Source: Eubacteriales bacterium
GTDB lineage: Bacteria; Bacillota; Clostridia; Oscillospirales; CAG-272
Assembly: GCA_045546615.1 (NCBI GenBank)
Contig: JAZQDD010000039.1
Coordinates: 11,359 to 75,358, forward strand
Length of the DNA stretch: 64,000 bases
Direction of reading: 5' to 3'
Shown: piece after piece, positions 48,297-56,903 of the stretch
How the letters are laid out: each line of letters opens with the position of its first letter
How positions within the stretch are numbered: the stretch's first letter is position 1
Position numbers and translations under genes: made by a program
Notes under the pieces: generated by a model
Database searches by the model: none
What the model was told of the DNA's origin: nothing
Seen by the model: the letters and a program-made list of their open reading frames with translations, nothing else

Positions 48297-49438
48297 TGGC
48301 GAGATTGGGAGATATATTTACTATTTCCTCAGGCGGAACCCCAAATAAAAACGAGTTGTCTTATTATAAGGGGGGCAGTATACCTTGGGTAAAAACTGGA
48401 GACTTAAAGGATAAGTACATATCAAAAGAAATTGAGTGTATTACCGAGGAAGGATTGAGCAATAGTTCGGCGAAACTTTTCCCGCAAGATACCGTTTTGG
48501 TTGCTATGTATGGGGCGACAATTGGTGCTTGTTCTATTCTTCCTTATGAGGCTGCTACTAATCAGGCATGTGCTGCGTTTTTGCCTTGCAAGGATGTTAT
48601 TCCAGAATATTTATTTTATTTTCTGAGTGGCAGAAAGGATCAATTTATAAAGGATGGTGTCGGTGGAGCACAGCCAAACATTTCCGCAGGGTATCTAAAA
48701 AATGTAAAATTCGATCTTGTTTCACTTGGTGAGCAGCAAAAAGTAATAGATAGATTAAGTAAAGTTGATGATCTCATATCTTTTCGCAAACAGCAACTTT
48801 CAAAATTGGACGAGCTTGTCAAATCCCGATTTATCGAACTGTTTGGAGATCCAGAACAGAACCCGAATGGCTATCCGATTAAGGACTTCGATGAAATCAG
48901 CGTACTAATAACTGACGGTGAGCATGCAACGCCTCGTCGAACAGAAAAAGGCATATATCTCTTGTCAGCGCGCAATGTTCTTAATCACGCACTTCAGTTG
49001 GACGATGTAGACTACATTGACGAAGATGAGTATGCCCGTATCGCTCGACGCGTTGTTCCGCAGGCAGGTGATATCCTTGTTTCTTGCTCTGGGAGCATTG
49101 GAAGATGTTGCGTCGTACCCGATGGACTGCAATTTCAAATGGTTAGAAGCGCGGCATTGATTCGATTTGATGATACCATCAATCCCGTTTTTGCAGAATG
49201 GCTTATAACCTCCGATGAACTGCAACGGCAAATTGCCCAGTCAGCAACCCAATCTTCGCAGGCGAACTTGTTCCAAGGTAAGATACGAAAATTACATGGG
49301 TATGTACCTCCAATGGAGCTTCAACAGCAATTTGCGGCCTTCGTCGAACAGACCCACAAATCAAAATTGGTAATTCAAAAGAGCCTTGAAAAGCTCGAAA
49401 CACTAAAAAAAGCATTGATGCAAAATTATTTTGGGTGA
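48296..49438 (+). CDS. hsdS: type I restriction-modification system, specificity subunit
   Basis: Two target-recognition halves, each followed by a conserved helical spacer (SLGEQQKVIDRL..., PPMELQQQFAAFVEQ...). Its start overlaps the hsdM stop (GTGATG). Confidence 0.85.
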   Translation: MARLGDIFTISSGGTPNKNELSYYKGGSIPWVKTGDLKDKYISKEIECITEEGLSNSSAKLFPQDTVLVAMYGATIGACSILPYEAATNQACAAFLPCKDVIPEYLFYFLSGRKDQFIKDGVGGAQPNISAGYLKNVKFDLVSLGEQQKVIDRLSKVDDLISFRKQQLSKLDELVKSRFIELFGDPEQNPNGYPIKDFDEISVLITDGEHATPRRTEKGIYLLSARNVLNHALQLDDVDYIDEDEYARIARRVVPQAGDILVSCSGSIGRCCVVPDGLQFQMVRSAALIRFDDTINPVFAEWLITSDELQRQIAQSATQSSQANLFQGKIRKLHGYVPPMELQQQFAAFVEQTHKSKLVIQKSLEKLETLKKALMQNYFG

Positions 49439-49449
49439 GGTGAAGGAAA

Positions 49450-50082
49450 ATGAAACTTTATAAGATTACCGCAATTATTTCTTTTATTGTATTTGGAGTA
49501 TGCTTGCTATGCTCCGTGATTTTGGGATTCATACCATCTGAAAACAATACGTGGATTATACTGTTGCAAAACTATGCAGTAGGTATTGCATGTAGTATAT
49601 TAGTGGTTATTATCACTACTTTACTACAATTTAATTTTGAACAGCAAAAAGAAAAAAATAAACTAATATCAGATATTCGCACTTTGTTTTTGCACTATTA
49701 TTTATCTGTATTAAGCGCCGATCCAAATGAAAAGACCTCTCAACAAATGTGGAATCATTATTATGATCGCATTGAATCCTGCATTGATGATATTTCAACG
49801 TGCTTGTCAAATCTGGATTGGTTTAGAAAGAAGCATCTAAACAATGCTAATGATATACATTATGCTGTTTTACAGTTGAGAATCAGTCTGTACAAAAATA
49901 ATAGACAATCAAAAGAAGATGCAGTAAGAAGTATTCTCAATCATTCTGCTTTTGACGATATAGAAGAAAAGTCGCTTTTATACGCTAAAAACGATTATGA
50001 TAAAAAAAGTATTGAAGAATATAGCGATAAAGCTAAAGAAGAAATAGAAAAATTGTCTAATAATCATAGCAATAATAAATAA
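49450..50082 (+). CDS. hypothetical 2-TM protein (AT-rich insert, gene 1)
   Basis: 210 aa. Two N-terminal hydrophobic helices (about residues 6-28 and 35-61), then a charged helical tail. No family recognised. Confidence 0.6.
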   Translation: MKLYKITAIISFIVFGVCLLCSVILGFIPSENNTWIILLQNYAVGIACSILVVIITTLLQFNFEQQKEKNKLISDIRTLFLHYYLSVLSADPNEKTSQQMWNHYYDRIESCIDDISTCLSNLDWFRKKHLNNANDIHYAVLQLRISLYKNNRQSKEDAVRSILNHSAFDDIEEKSLLYAKNDYDKKSIEEYSDKAKEEIEKLSNNHSNNK

Positions 50083-50097
50083 TAATGTGGAGTAAAA

Positions 50098-51333
50098 ATG
50101 AAAATACAAGTAATAAGTTATGAAAAAAGTATTAAATATGGTATCGAACATAATTATACATATTCATCGCTAAATGAGCCGCGTGCGTTTGATGAATTTG
50201 ATATAAACATTATTTCTTTGCAAACCGAGTGGTTATGGCGGTATAATGTCAATAGACAATCCTCAATTAATGCAATTAAAGATTTTGATAGCCTACAAGT
50301 GTTAATTGGCGATGTAAAAAAATCAATTGTCATAATATGCTTTCCTCAAAACTATAGATATAAGTATTCTTATTCTGGTGGCAGTTATAATAGGTCAGAG
50401 CAATTAAAAGATATGATTCCTTACTTGAAAGATTATCTACAACACCTTTTAGGGAATCGAAGCAGTTATGATTTGGTTTATGAGAATTCAACCACATCAT
50501 GCAACAAATCCGAAATCAAAGCGGCATTTTATTTTAAAAACATTCCAATCGCCGAAAAATCATTGACTGAAAGCAATGGTGGAAATCATATTACAACCGT
50601 AAAGCTCGATGCCAATATAATTCTCACAACTTTAGATATCTCTGATAGTAATGCACCCATTAGTGATCTGTTAAGTGCAATGGGATTAATCTACAGCAAT
50701 AAAGATATTCCTGAATGGATGAATGATTATAGGTGCTTCGATGATGCCGAACAAGAAATGCGTATAGAAGCAGCAAATGAGGAGATAGACAAGCAACAAA
50801 AGATTATTGATGAAGCCAAGGAAAAATTGGATAAAAACTTATACTACAAAAGCGTTCTATATACAAACGGTTCAGCTCTTGTGGAATCAGTTTTTGATAT
50901 GTTAGAAAAAATGTTAGGTTGCGATTTGTCAGGCTTTGTTGACAAAAAAGAAGAAGACTTTAAAATTATTTTACCAAAAGTTACTTTCATCGGTGAAATA
51001 AAAGGTATCGGTTCTAATGTTAAAAATGAAAATGTATCTCAGTTAGATCTTCATTGCCAAACATATCAAGATTATTTGGATACCGAGGGCTTAACAGAAA
51101 AAGTCAAGGGGATTTTAATCATCAATCCGTTAAGAAGTAAACCTCCTAGAGACAGAGATGATGTACACGAAAAGCAGATAGAGCTTGCTAAACGCTACGG
51201 TAGCTTAATTATTACGACAGAAATTCTTTTGCTTTTATTTGAAGCATATCTCGCTGGAAAAGTTTCAAGTGAGAGAATTCTTGAATTATTTATTAGTGAA
51301 ACAGGTTTGTTAACTGTTCCTGATTTTATTTAA
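50098..51333 (+). CDS. hypothetical protein with a central coiled coil and a PD-(D/E)XK-like C-terminal region (AT-rich insert, gene 2)
   Basis: 411 aa. Contains EEDFKIILPKVTFIGEIKG (D-x13-E-x-K) followed by SQLDLHCQTYQDY. No family recognised. Confidence 0.6.
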   Translation: MKIQVISYEKSIKYGIEHNYTYSSLNEPRAFDEFDINIISLQTEWLWRYNVNRQSSINAIKDFDSLQVLIGDVKKSIVIICFPQNYRYKYSYSGGSYNRSEQLKDMIPYLKDYLQHLLGNRSSYDLVYENSTTSCNKSEIKAAFYFKNIPIAEKSLTESNGGNHITTVKLDANIILTTLDISDSNAPISDLLSAMGLIYSNKDIPEWMNDYRCFDDAEQEMRIEAANEEIDKQQKIIDEAKEKLDKNLYYKSVLYTNGSALVESVFDMLEKMLGCDLSGFVDKKEEDFKIILPKVTFIGEIKGIGSNVKNENVSQLDLHCQTYQDYLDTEGLTEKVKGILIINPLRSKPPRDRDDVHEKQIELAKRYGSLIITTEILLLLFEAYLAGKVSSERILELFISETGLLTVPDFI

Positions 51334-51352
51334 GAACGATGGAGGTCCTATT

Positions 51353-54300
51353 ATGACCAACTTTGATTTCCTAAAAAACACCCCCGATTTTGATGCGTTT
51401 GCGGACGTGGCGATCTCGGCGGAGAAAATATTACATATTGACGTGGACGCTTGCGTGCTGAATTGCCGCAGGGCAATGGAGTTTGCAGTCAAATGGATGT
51501 ATTCCGTGGACCGCGATCTCGTCATGCCATATCAGGACAACCTCGTCAGCCTTATGAACGACGAAAAGTTCCGCGACATTATTGGCGCGGACGTCTGGAG
51601 GCGTATGGAATTTATCCGCAAGCTCGGCAACAATGCGGCTCACGGCGGCAAAAAGGTGAGCCTCGAGCAAGCGGAGCTTTGCCTTGAAAACTTATTTGTT
51701 TTCCTTGACTGTGTGGCATATTTCTACGCTCCCGAATACACCGAGCAGCAGTTTGATAAGTCCTTGCTTGCGCTTACGGTGGACGAGGCTCTTTCCTTCG
51801 TTCCCGAAAACGATATCGATATTGCCAAGCTGATCGAGGAAAACAAAGCGCTCAAGGATGAGCTTACTGCGCGACGCGCCGAACAGCAGCAGACCTACGT
51901 TCCCAAGCCGCTTGAGCTTTCGGAATACAAGACGAGAAAGATATACATCGACTTTATGCTTGCCGATGCGGGCTGGGTCGAGGGCAAGGATTGGGTTAAC
52001 GAGGTAGAGCTTCACGGCATGCCCAACGCAAGCGGTGTAGGCTACGCCGACTACGTTCTCTATGGCGACGACGGTAAGCCCCTCGCGGTTCTTGAAGCGA
52101 AGCGCACCTGTATGGACGTTTCAAAGGGCAGACAGCAGGCGAAGCTGTATGCCGACCTGTTAGAGCAGAAATACGGTCGCAGACCTATCATTTTCCTCTC
52201 CAACGGCTTTGATACGCACGTTTGGAATGATAAATACTACCCCGAGCGCAAGGTTGCGTCTGTTTACTCAAAGCGCGACCTTGAAAAGCTTTTCAATCTG
52301 CACACGATGCGTGCAAGCCTCAAAAACGTGGTGGTTGACAAGCACATTGCGGGACGCTACTATCAAGAGGCTGCTATTAAGGCTGTTTGTGAGGCGTTTG
52401 ACAAAAAGAATCGCCGCAAGGCGCTTCTCGTTATGGCAACGGGCTCGGGCAAGACGAGAACGGTCATTGCTCTTTGCAAGGCGTTGCTTGATCACGGTTG
52501 GGTAAAGAATATTCTGTTCCTTGCCGACCGCAATTCGCTCGTCACGCAGGCAAAGCGCGCCTTTGCCAATATGCTTCCCGACCTTTCTGTAACCAATCTT
52601 TGCGAGGATAAGGCGAACTTTGATTCCCGATGCGTATTCTCAACTTATCAGACCATGATGGGTTGTATTGATACCGTCAAGGACGAGAATGACAAAAAGC
52701 TCTTTACCGTTGGACATTTTGATCTCGTCATTGTGGACGAGGCGCACCGTTCTATCTATAACAAGTACAAGGATATTTTTAACTATTTCGATGCGCCGCT
52801 TGTGGGACTTACCGCAACGCCGAAGGACGAAATAGATAAAAATACTTATGAGATATTTGAGCTCGAAAACGGTGTTCCGACCTATGGCTATGAGCTTGGA
52901 CAAGCAGTTACCGACGGCTTTCTTGTTGACTTTATGTCTGTTGAAAGCAAGCTGAAATTCATCGAGGAAGGCATCGTATACGACGACCTTTCCGATGAGG
53001 ACAAGGAAGAATACGAAAACACTTTCGATGATGAAAACGGTAATCATCCAGAAAGGATCTCGTCTTCCGCCATTAATGAGTGGGTGTTTAATGAGGACAC
53101 CATTCGTCAGGTGATTCATATCCTGATGCAGGACGGTTTGCGCATCGATTACGGCGAAAAGCTGGGAAAGACGATCATCTTTGCCAAAAACCACGAGCAT
53201 GCCGAAAAGATTCACGAGATATTTGGAAAAGAATATCCCAATCTTCCCGGTTACACGAAGGTCATTGACAACTATATGACTTATGCGCAGAGCGCAATAG
53301 ACGAGTTTTCCGATCCCAAAAAGTTACCGCAGATAGCAATCTCCGTCGATATGCTTGACACAGGAATCGACGTCCCCGAAGTGCTCAACCTCGTCTTCTT
53401 CAAAAAAGTGATGAGCAAGGCAAAGTTCTGGCAGATGATAGGACGCGGTACCCGTCGTTGTGACGGACTTATGGACGGCAAAGACAAGGATAAATTCTAT
53501 ATTTTCGATTTTTGCGGAAATTTTGAATTTTTCCGTATGAACAATGGCAAGCCAACTGCCAATCAGGTTGCTCTGCAGGGCGCTATCTTTAAGCTTAAGG
53601 CACAGATCGCATTCAAGCTGCAGGACATTGCTTATCAAACGACGGATTTGATCGCTTTCCGCAAGTCTTTGGTTGATGACATGGTGCGCAAGGTGCGTGA
53701 GTTGAATAAAGAGAATTTTGCTGTTCGGCAGCATCTTCGCTACGTTGAGCAATATGCCGATCCCGACAACTATAATTCGCTGACTTACGAGGATACTCTC
53801 TTGATGTCAGAAGAGATTGCTCCGTTGATCACCCCCGATGAAGACGAAGCCTCTGCGGTTCGTTTTGACGCTTTAATGTATGGCATCGAGCTTGCGTATC
53901 TTGCGGGCAAGAAATATTCGCGTGCGCGTGCCGATCTTTACAAAAAGGTCAGCGGAATTGCAAGCGTGGCAAACATTCCCGAAATCATGGCTCAATCGGA
54001 ACTCATCAATAAAATTTTGCATACCAATTATTTGGATACTGCGGGAATCAACGAGTTTGAGCATATCCGCGAGAATCTTCGCAATTTGATGAAATATATT
54101 CCCAGAACCGTTGCGAAGTATATTACGGATTTCGATGATGAAATTCTTTCTGTGGAATGGAACGAATCCGATCTTGAAAACGATGACCTGAAGAACTACA
54201 AAGCCAAAGCCGAATTCTATATTCGTCAGCATCAAGACGAGGAGGCAATTGCTAAGTTGAAGAGCAACGTTCCCTTGAATGCAGATGATATCAAGGCCTT

Positions 54301-54649
54301 GGAACGCATTATGTGGAGCGAGGTCGGAAGCAGAAAGGACTACGAAGCGGAATACGGAGAAAAACCTCTCGGTGAGTTCGTGCGAGAAATTGTAGGACTC
54401 GATATGATGGCGGCAAAAGAAGCGTTTGCGGAGTATTTGAATGACGTTAATCTTGATGCAGATCAGATTTATTTTGTCAACCAAATCGTTGAGTATATTG
54501 TACACAATGGTGTGATGAAAGATATGTCCGTGCTTCAAGAGCCTCCGTTTACCGATAGAGGAAGTATCGTTGAAGTCTTTACCGATATTTCAGTTTGGTT
54601 GGGTATAAGGAGCGTCATTGAGAAAATCAATGCAAACGCCGCGGCATAA
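51353..54649 (+). CDS. hsdR: type I restriction-modification system, restriction/helicase subunit with an N-terminal DUF4145-like extension
   Basis: 1098 aa. Contains GYADYVLYGDDGKPLAVLEAKR (nuclease motif), MATGSGKT and VDEAH (SF2 helicase). Confidence 0.9.
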   Translation: MTNFDFLKNTPDFDAFADVAISAEKILHIDVDACVLNCRRAMEFAVKWMYSVDRDLVMPYQDNLVSLMNDEKFRDIIGADVWRRMEFIRKLGNNAAHGGKKVSLEQAELCLENLFVFLDCVAYFYAPEYTEQQFDKSLLALTVDEALSFVPENDIDIAKLIEENKALKDELTARRAEQQQTYVPKPLELSEYKTRKIYIDFMLADAGWVEGKDWVNEVELHGMPNASGVGYADYVLYGDDGKPLAVLEAKRTCMDVSKGRQQAKLYADLLEQKYGRRPIIFLSNGFDTHVWNDKYYPERKVASVYSKRDLEKLFNLHTMRASLKNVVVDKHIAGRYYQEAAIKAVCEAFDKKNRRKALLVMATGSGKTRTVIALCKALLDHGWVKNILFLADRNSLVTQAKRAFANMLPDLSVTNLCEDKANFDSRCVFSTYQTMMGCIDTVKDENDKKLFTVGHFDLVIVDEAHRSIYNKYKDIFNYFDAPLVGLTATPKDEIDKNTYEIFELENGVPTYGYELGQAVTDGFLVDFMSVESKLKFIEEGIVYDDLSDEDKEEYENTFDDENGNHPERISSSAINEWVFNEDTIRQVIHILMQDGLRIDYGEKLGKTIIFAKNHEHAEKIHEIFGKEYPNLPGYTKVIDNYMTYAQSAIDEFSDPKKLPQIAISVDMLDTGIDVPEVLNLVFFKKVMSKAKFWQMIGRGTRRCDGLMDGKDKDKFYIFDFCGNFEFFRMNNGKPTANQVALQGAIFKLKAQIAFKLQDIAYQTTDLIAFRKSLVDDMVRKVRELNKENFAVRQHLRYVEQYADPDNYNSLTYEDTLLMSEEIAPLITPDEDEASAVRFDALMYGIELAYLAGKKYSRARADLYKKVSGIASVANIPEIMAQSELINKILHTNYLDTAGINEFEHIRENLRNLMKYIPRTVAKYITDFDDEILSVEWNESDLENDDLKNYKAKAEFYIRQHQDEEAIAKLKSNVPLNADDIKALERIMWSEVGSRKDYEAEYGEKPLGEFVREIVGLDMMAAKEAFAEYLNDVNLDADQIYFVNQIVEYIVHNGVMKDMSVLQEPPFTDRGSIVEVFTDISVWLGIRSVIEKINANAAA

Positions 54650-54666
54650 AATGCTTGGAGGATATA

Positions 54667-55038
54667 ATGACCAAACAATCTTTCCTTGAATACTGCCTTA
54701 ATACATACGGCACATCGCCGGACTATCCGTTTGACGAGGATTTTGAGACGGCGGTATTGAGGCACGGTGACAATCGCAAGTGGTATGCCATTGTAATGAA
54801 GGTCGCACGGCGAAAGTTTGGGTTTGACAGCGACGAGGTTATCGACGTTGTAAATCTAAAGCTCCCAACAGAGATGTTCGGCTCATTCGGCGCAATCGAC
54901 GGAGTCTATCCCGCGTACCACATGAACAAACGCCATTGGATATCTGTCCTTCTTCCCGACGCTCCCGACGAGGTGGTGCAGTTCCTTGTAAGCGTTAGCT
55001 TCGAGGCTACAAAATCTTCTAAGAAAAAATCAAAATAA
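54667..55038 (+). CDS. MmcQ/YjbR-family protein
   Basis: YPFDEDFETAVLRH ... NRKWYAIVM ... HMNKRHWISV. An ATG at 54667 follows GGAGGA. Confidence 0.75.
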   Translation: MTKQSFLEYCLNTYGTSPDYPFDEDFETAVLRHGDNRKWYAIVMKVARRKFGFDSDEVIDVVNLKLPTEMFGSFGAIDGVYPAYHMNKRHWISVLLPDAPDEVVQFLVSVSFEATKSSKKKSK

Positions 55039-55097
55039 GTCTGGACTTTTGCCATCTCCTGTGGTATTGTGTTGTGCTACAGGAGGTGGCAAAAATT

Positions 55098-55370
55098 ATG
55101 AACGTTATAAACGAGCTATGGTACGGCAACATATCGCCGTGCGATGGTGGAGCGAAGAAGGGAAGCGGGTATTTGGAACTTCTCGGCTACGTCGCGCGAC
55201 ACAAGGGAGAGCTACAAAAACGGCTGAACGGCGAAGAAAAAGAAATCCTTGAAAAGCTCATCGATTGTACCAACGAGATGTACGGCATCTCCGAGAGGGA
55301 AGCCTTCGCGCAAGGTTTCACGCTCGGCGCGAGGCTCATCATCGAGGTGATGACGGCTGAGCTTGAATAA
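55098..55370 (+). CDS. small hypothetical protein
   Basis: 90 aa (MNVINELWYGNISP...). Its RBS AGGAGG lies inside a 14-bp hairpin. Confidence 0.5.
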   Translation: MNVINELWYGNISPCDGGAKKGSGYLELLGYVARHKGELQKRLNGEEKEILEKLIDCTNEMYGISEREAFAQGFTLGARLIIEVMTAELE

Positions 55371-55496
55371 CCCCCAGAGGAATCGCAAAATCATCTGCGA
55401 TTCCTCATCTTTTTCTCTATTCTCGCTGGACTTTTGCGTTTTTATGTTTATACTTGTGCCTCGCCGCGAAAGGCGTGCTCGGAAAGGAAAAAACAT

Positions 55497-55904
55497 ATGA
55501 AAAGATTGATCACCATCATCCTCGCGTTTATTATGGCATTCTTCACCTCACCGAGTCAGGGCGCAGATGAGCCGCCCGTGAGCGCCGAAAAGCCGCCACA
55601 AGCGGAGATAACGGTATCGGCGGATAATGTGCCCGAAGAAAGCCACGCGACCGCCACGTCGCCCGTTGGCGGGGGAGAGGAAACAGAAGCTGCGGTGAAA
55701 CCCGAAGACAAGGAAATTGGGTTCACTGAAAAAAACGCCGATAACGTCGGCGAAGGTGAACGAGGTGCTGTCGAATACAAGCCGCAGCTCGGAGGTCAGC
55801 CAAATCCCTTTGAGAATAACACTCCTACCGAAATTGGCGATCAGCCCGCCGAAGACTACATAGGCGAAGACGGAGACCGCCCGGGGGAGGGAATACACTT
55901 CTAA
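55497..55904 (+). CDS. secreted acidic low-complexity protein
   Basis: Signal peptide MKRLITIILAFIMAFFTSPSQGA, followed by Glu/Pro/Gly-rich sequence. Confidence 0.55.
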   Translation: MKRLITIILAFIMAFFTSPSQGADEPPVSAEKPPQAEITVSADNVPEESHATATSPVGGGEETEAAVKPEDKEIGFTEKNADNVGEGERGAVEYKPQLGGQPNPFENNTPTEIGDQPAEDYIGEDGDRPGEGIHF

Positions 55905-55940
55905 AGCCAACACAAACCAAGGGGTGAACGAAACGGTCAC
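55851..55940 (+). repeat. direct repeat copy 2 (3' end of 55497..55904 plus a truncated hairpin)
   Basis: Matches 41817..41910. Confidence 0.8.
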
Positions 55941-55952
55941 ATCATACTACTC

Positions 55953-55986
55953 AAAGAGGTTCAGAGCTTTGGCTCTGAACCTCTTT
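55953..55986. terminator. bidirectional terminator between convergent genes
   Basis: Stem aaagaggttcagagc/gctctgaacctcttt. Confidence 0.65.
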
Positions 55987-56049
55987 AGTGATTTGAGTTT
56001 ATTTTTAGTGGACACCCATGCGGTGCAATGCTTTGATAATGGTCCGTGC

Positions 56050-56898
56050 TTAATCTCGTCCGCTGAACACCTTCATGGTGGTCAAAGCGTTCTCCTTCAT
56101 AGCATTCTGAACGTTCAGGGCAAGGTTGTGGTAGAAATCCGCATCCTTGTTGGCGATTGTTTTTCTTGCTTCAGCATAGCCTGCATAGGATAGATATGAG
56201 TAATAATTGATTTTGTTTATACCTCGCGCGATAACCTCGCGATATTCCTCGTGGGAAATACCGCTTCCGCCGTGCATGACAAGGGGCAGATCGGTGTTTT
56301 TGCGAACCTGCGTGATGATCTCCATGTTTAATACGGGCTTGGTTTTGTATATCCCATGCGCTGTACCAAAGGCGATTGCCAAAGCGTCTATCCCCGTGCT
56401 TGCAAGAAATTCAGGCACGAGTGCGGGGCGCGTATAAAGATCGGCAGGATCGGTAACTGTACTCTCTCCGCCACCCTCTCTTTGAGGAAGCGCCCCAAGC
56501 TCTGCCTCTACGTCTACACCGTGAGCGTGTGCGTAGTCCACCACTTCCTTAGTTCCCATTACGTTTTGCTCATAGGGGAGAGTGGAATAGTCGATCATAA
56601 CAGAAGTAAATCCCAAATCAATAGCGCGTTTGCAATATTCGAAATCCTCGCCATGATCAAGATGTACGCACACCTTTACGCTACTGCGTTTAGCAAGCTC
56701 GACCATCACGGGTCCGATCTTGTCAAGGTGCGATACGCTCTCGTGGCATTGAGCATGAGCAATGATAACGGGAACGTTTAGCGTTTCCGCAGCATCCAAA
56801 ACCGCAAGCAAGCATTCCAAATTAGGCGTGTTAAAGCTACCAACGGCAATATTTTGCCTTCTGCCCTCAGCAATTACGTCTTTAAGTCCTACTAACAT
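56050..56898 (-). CDS. class II ketose-bisphosphate aldolase (FbaA/GatY/KbaY family)
   Basis: 282 aa. Contains VHLDHG ... MIDYS ... LVMHGGSG motifs. Confidence 0.8.
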   Translation of the reverse strand: MLVGLKDVIAEGRRQNIAVGSFNTPNLECLLAVLDAAETLNVPVIIAHAQCHESVSHLDKIGPVMVELAKRSSVKVCVHLDHGEDFEYCKRAIDLGFTSVMIDYSTLPYEQNVMGTKEVVDYAHAHGVDVEAELGALPQREGGGESTVTDPADLYTRPALVPEFLASTGIDALAIAFGTAHGIYKTKPVLNMEIITQVRKNTDLPLVMHGGSGISHEEYREVIARGINKINYYSYLSYAGYAEARKTIANKDADFYHNLALNVQNAMKENALTTMKVFSGRD

Positions 56899-56903
56899 AT
56901 CTC

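Noticed and set aside
55924-56193. 89-aa plus-strand ORF, and the 130-aa minus-strand ORF at 55548-55940.
   Set aside because: They overlap the aldolase 3' end and bidirectional terminator, or lie antisense to the signal-peptide-bearing secreted protein. No supporting signals were seen.
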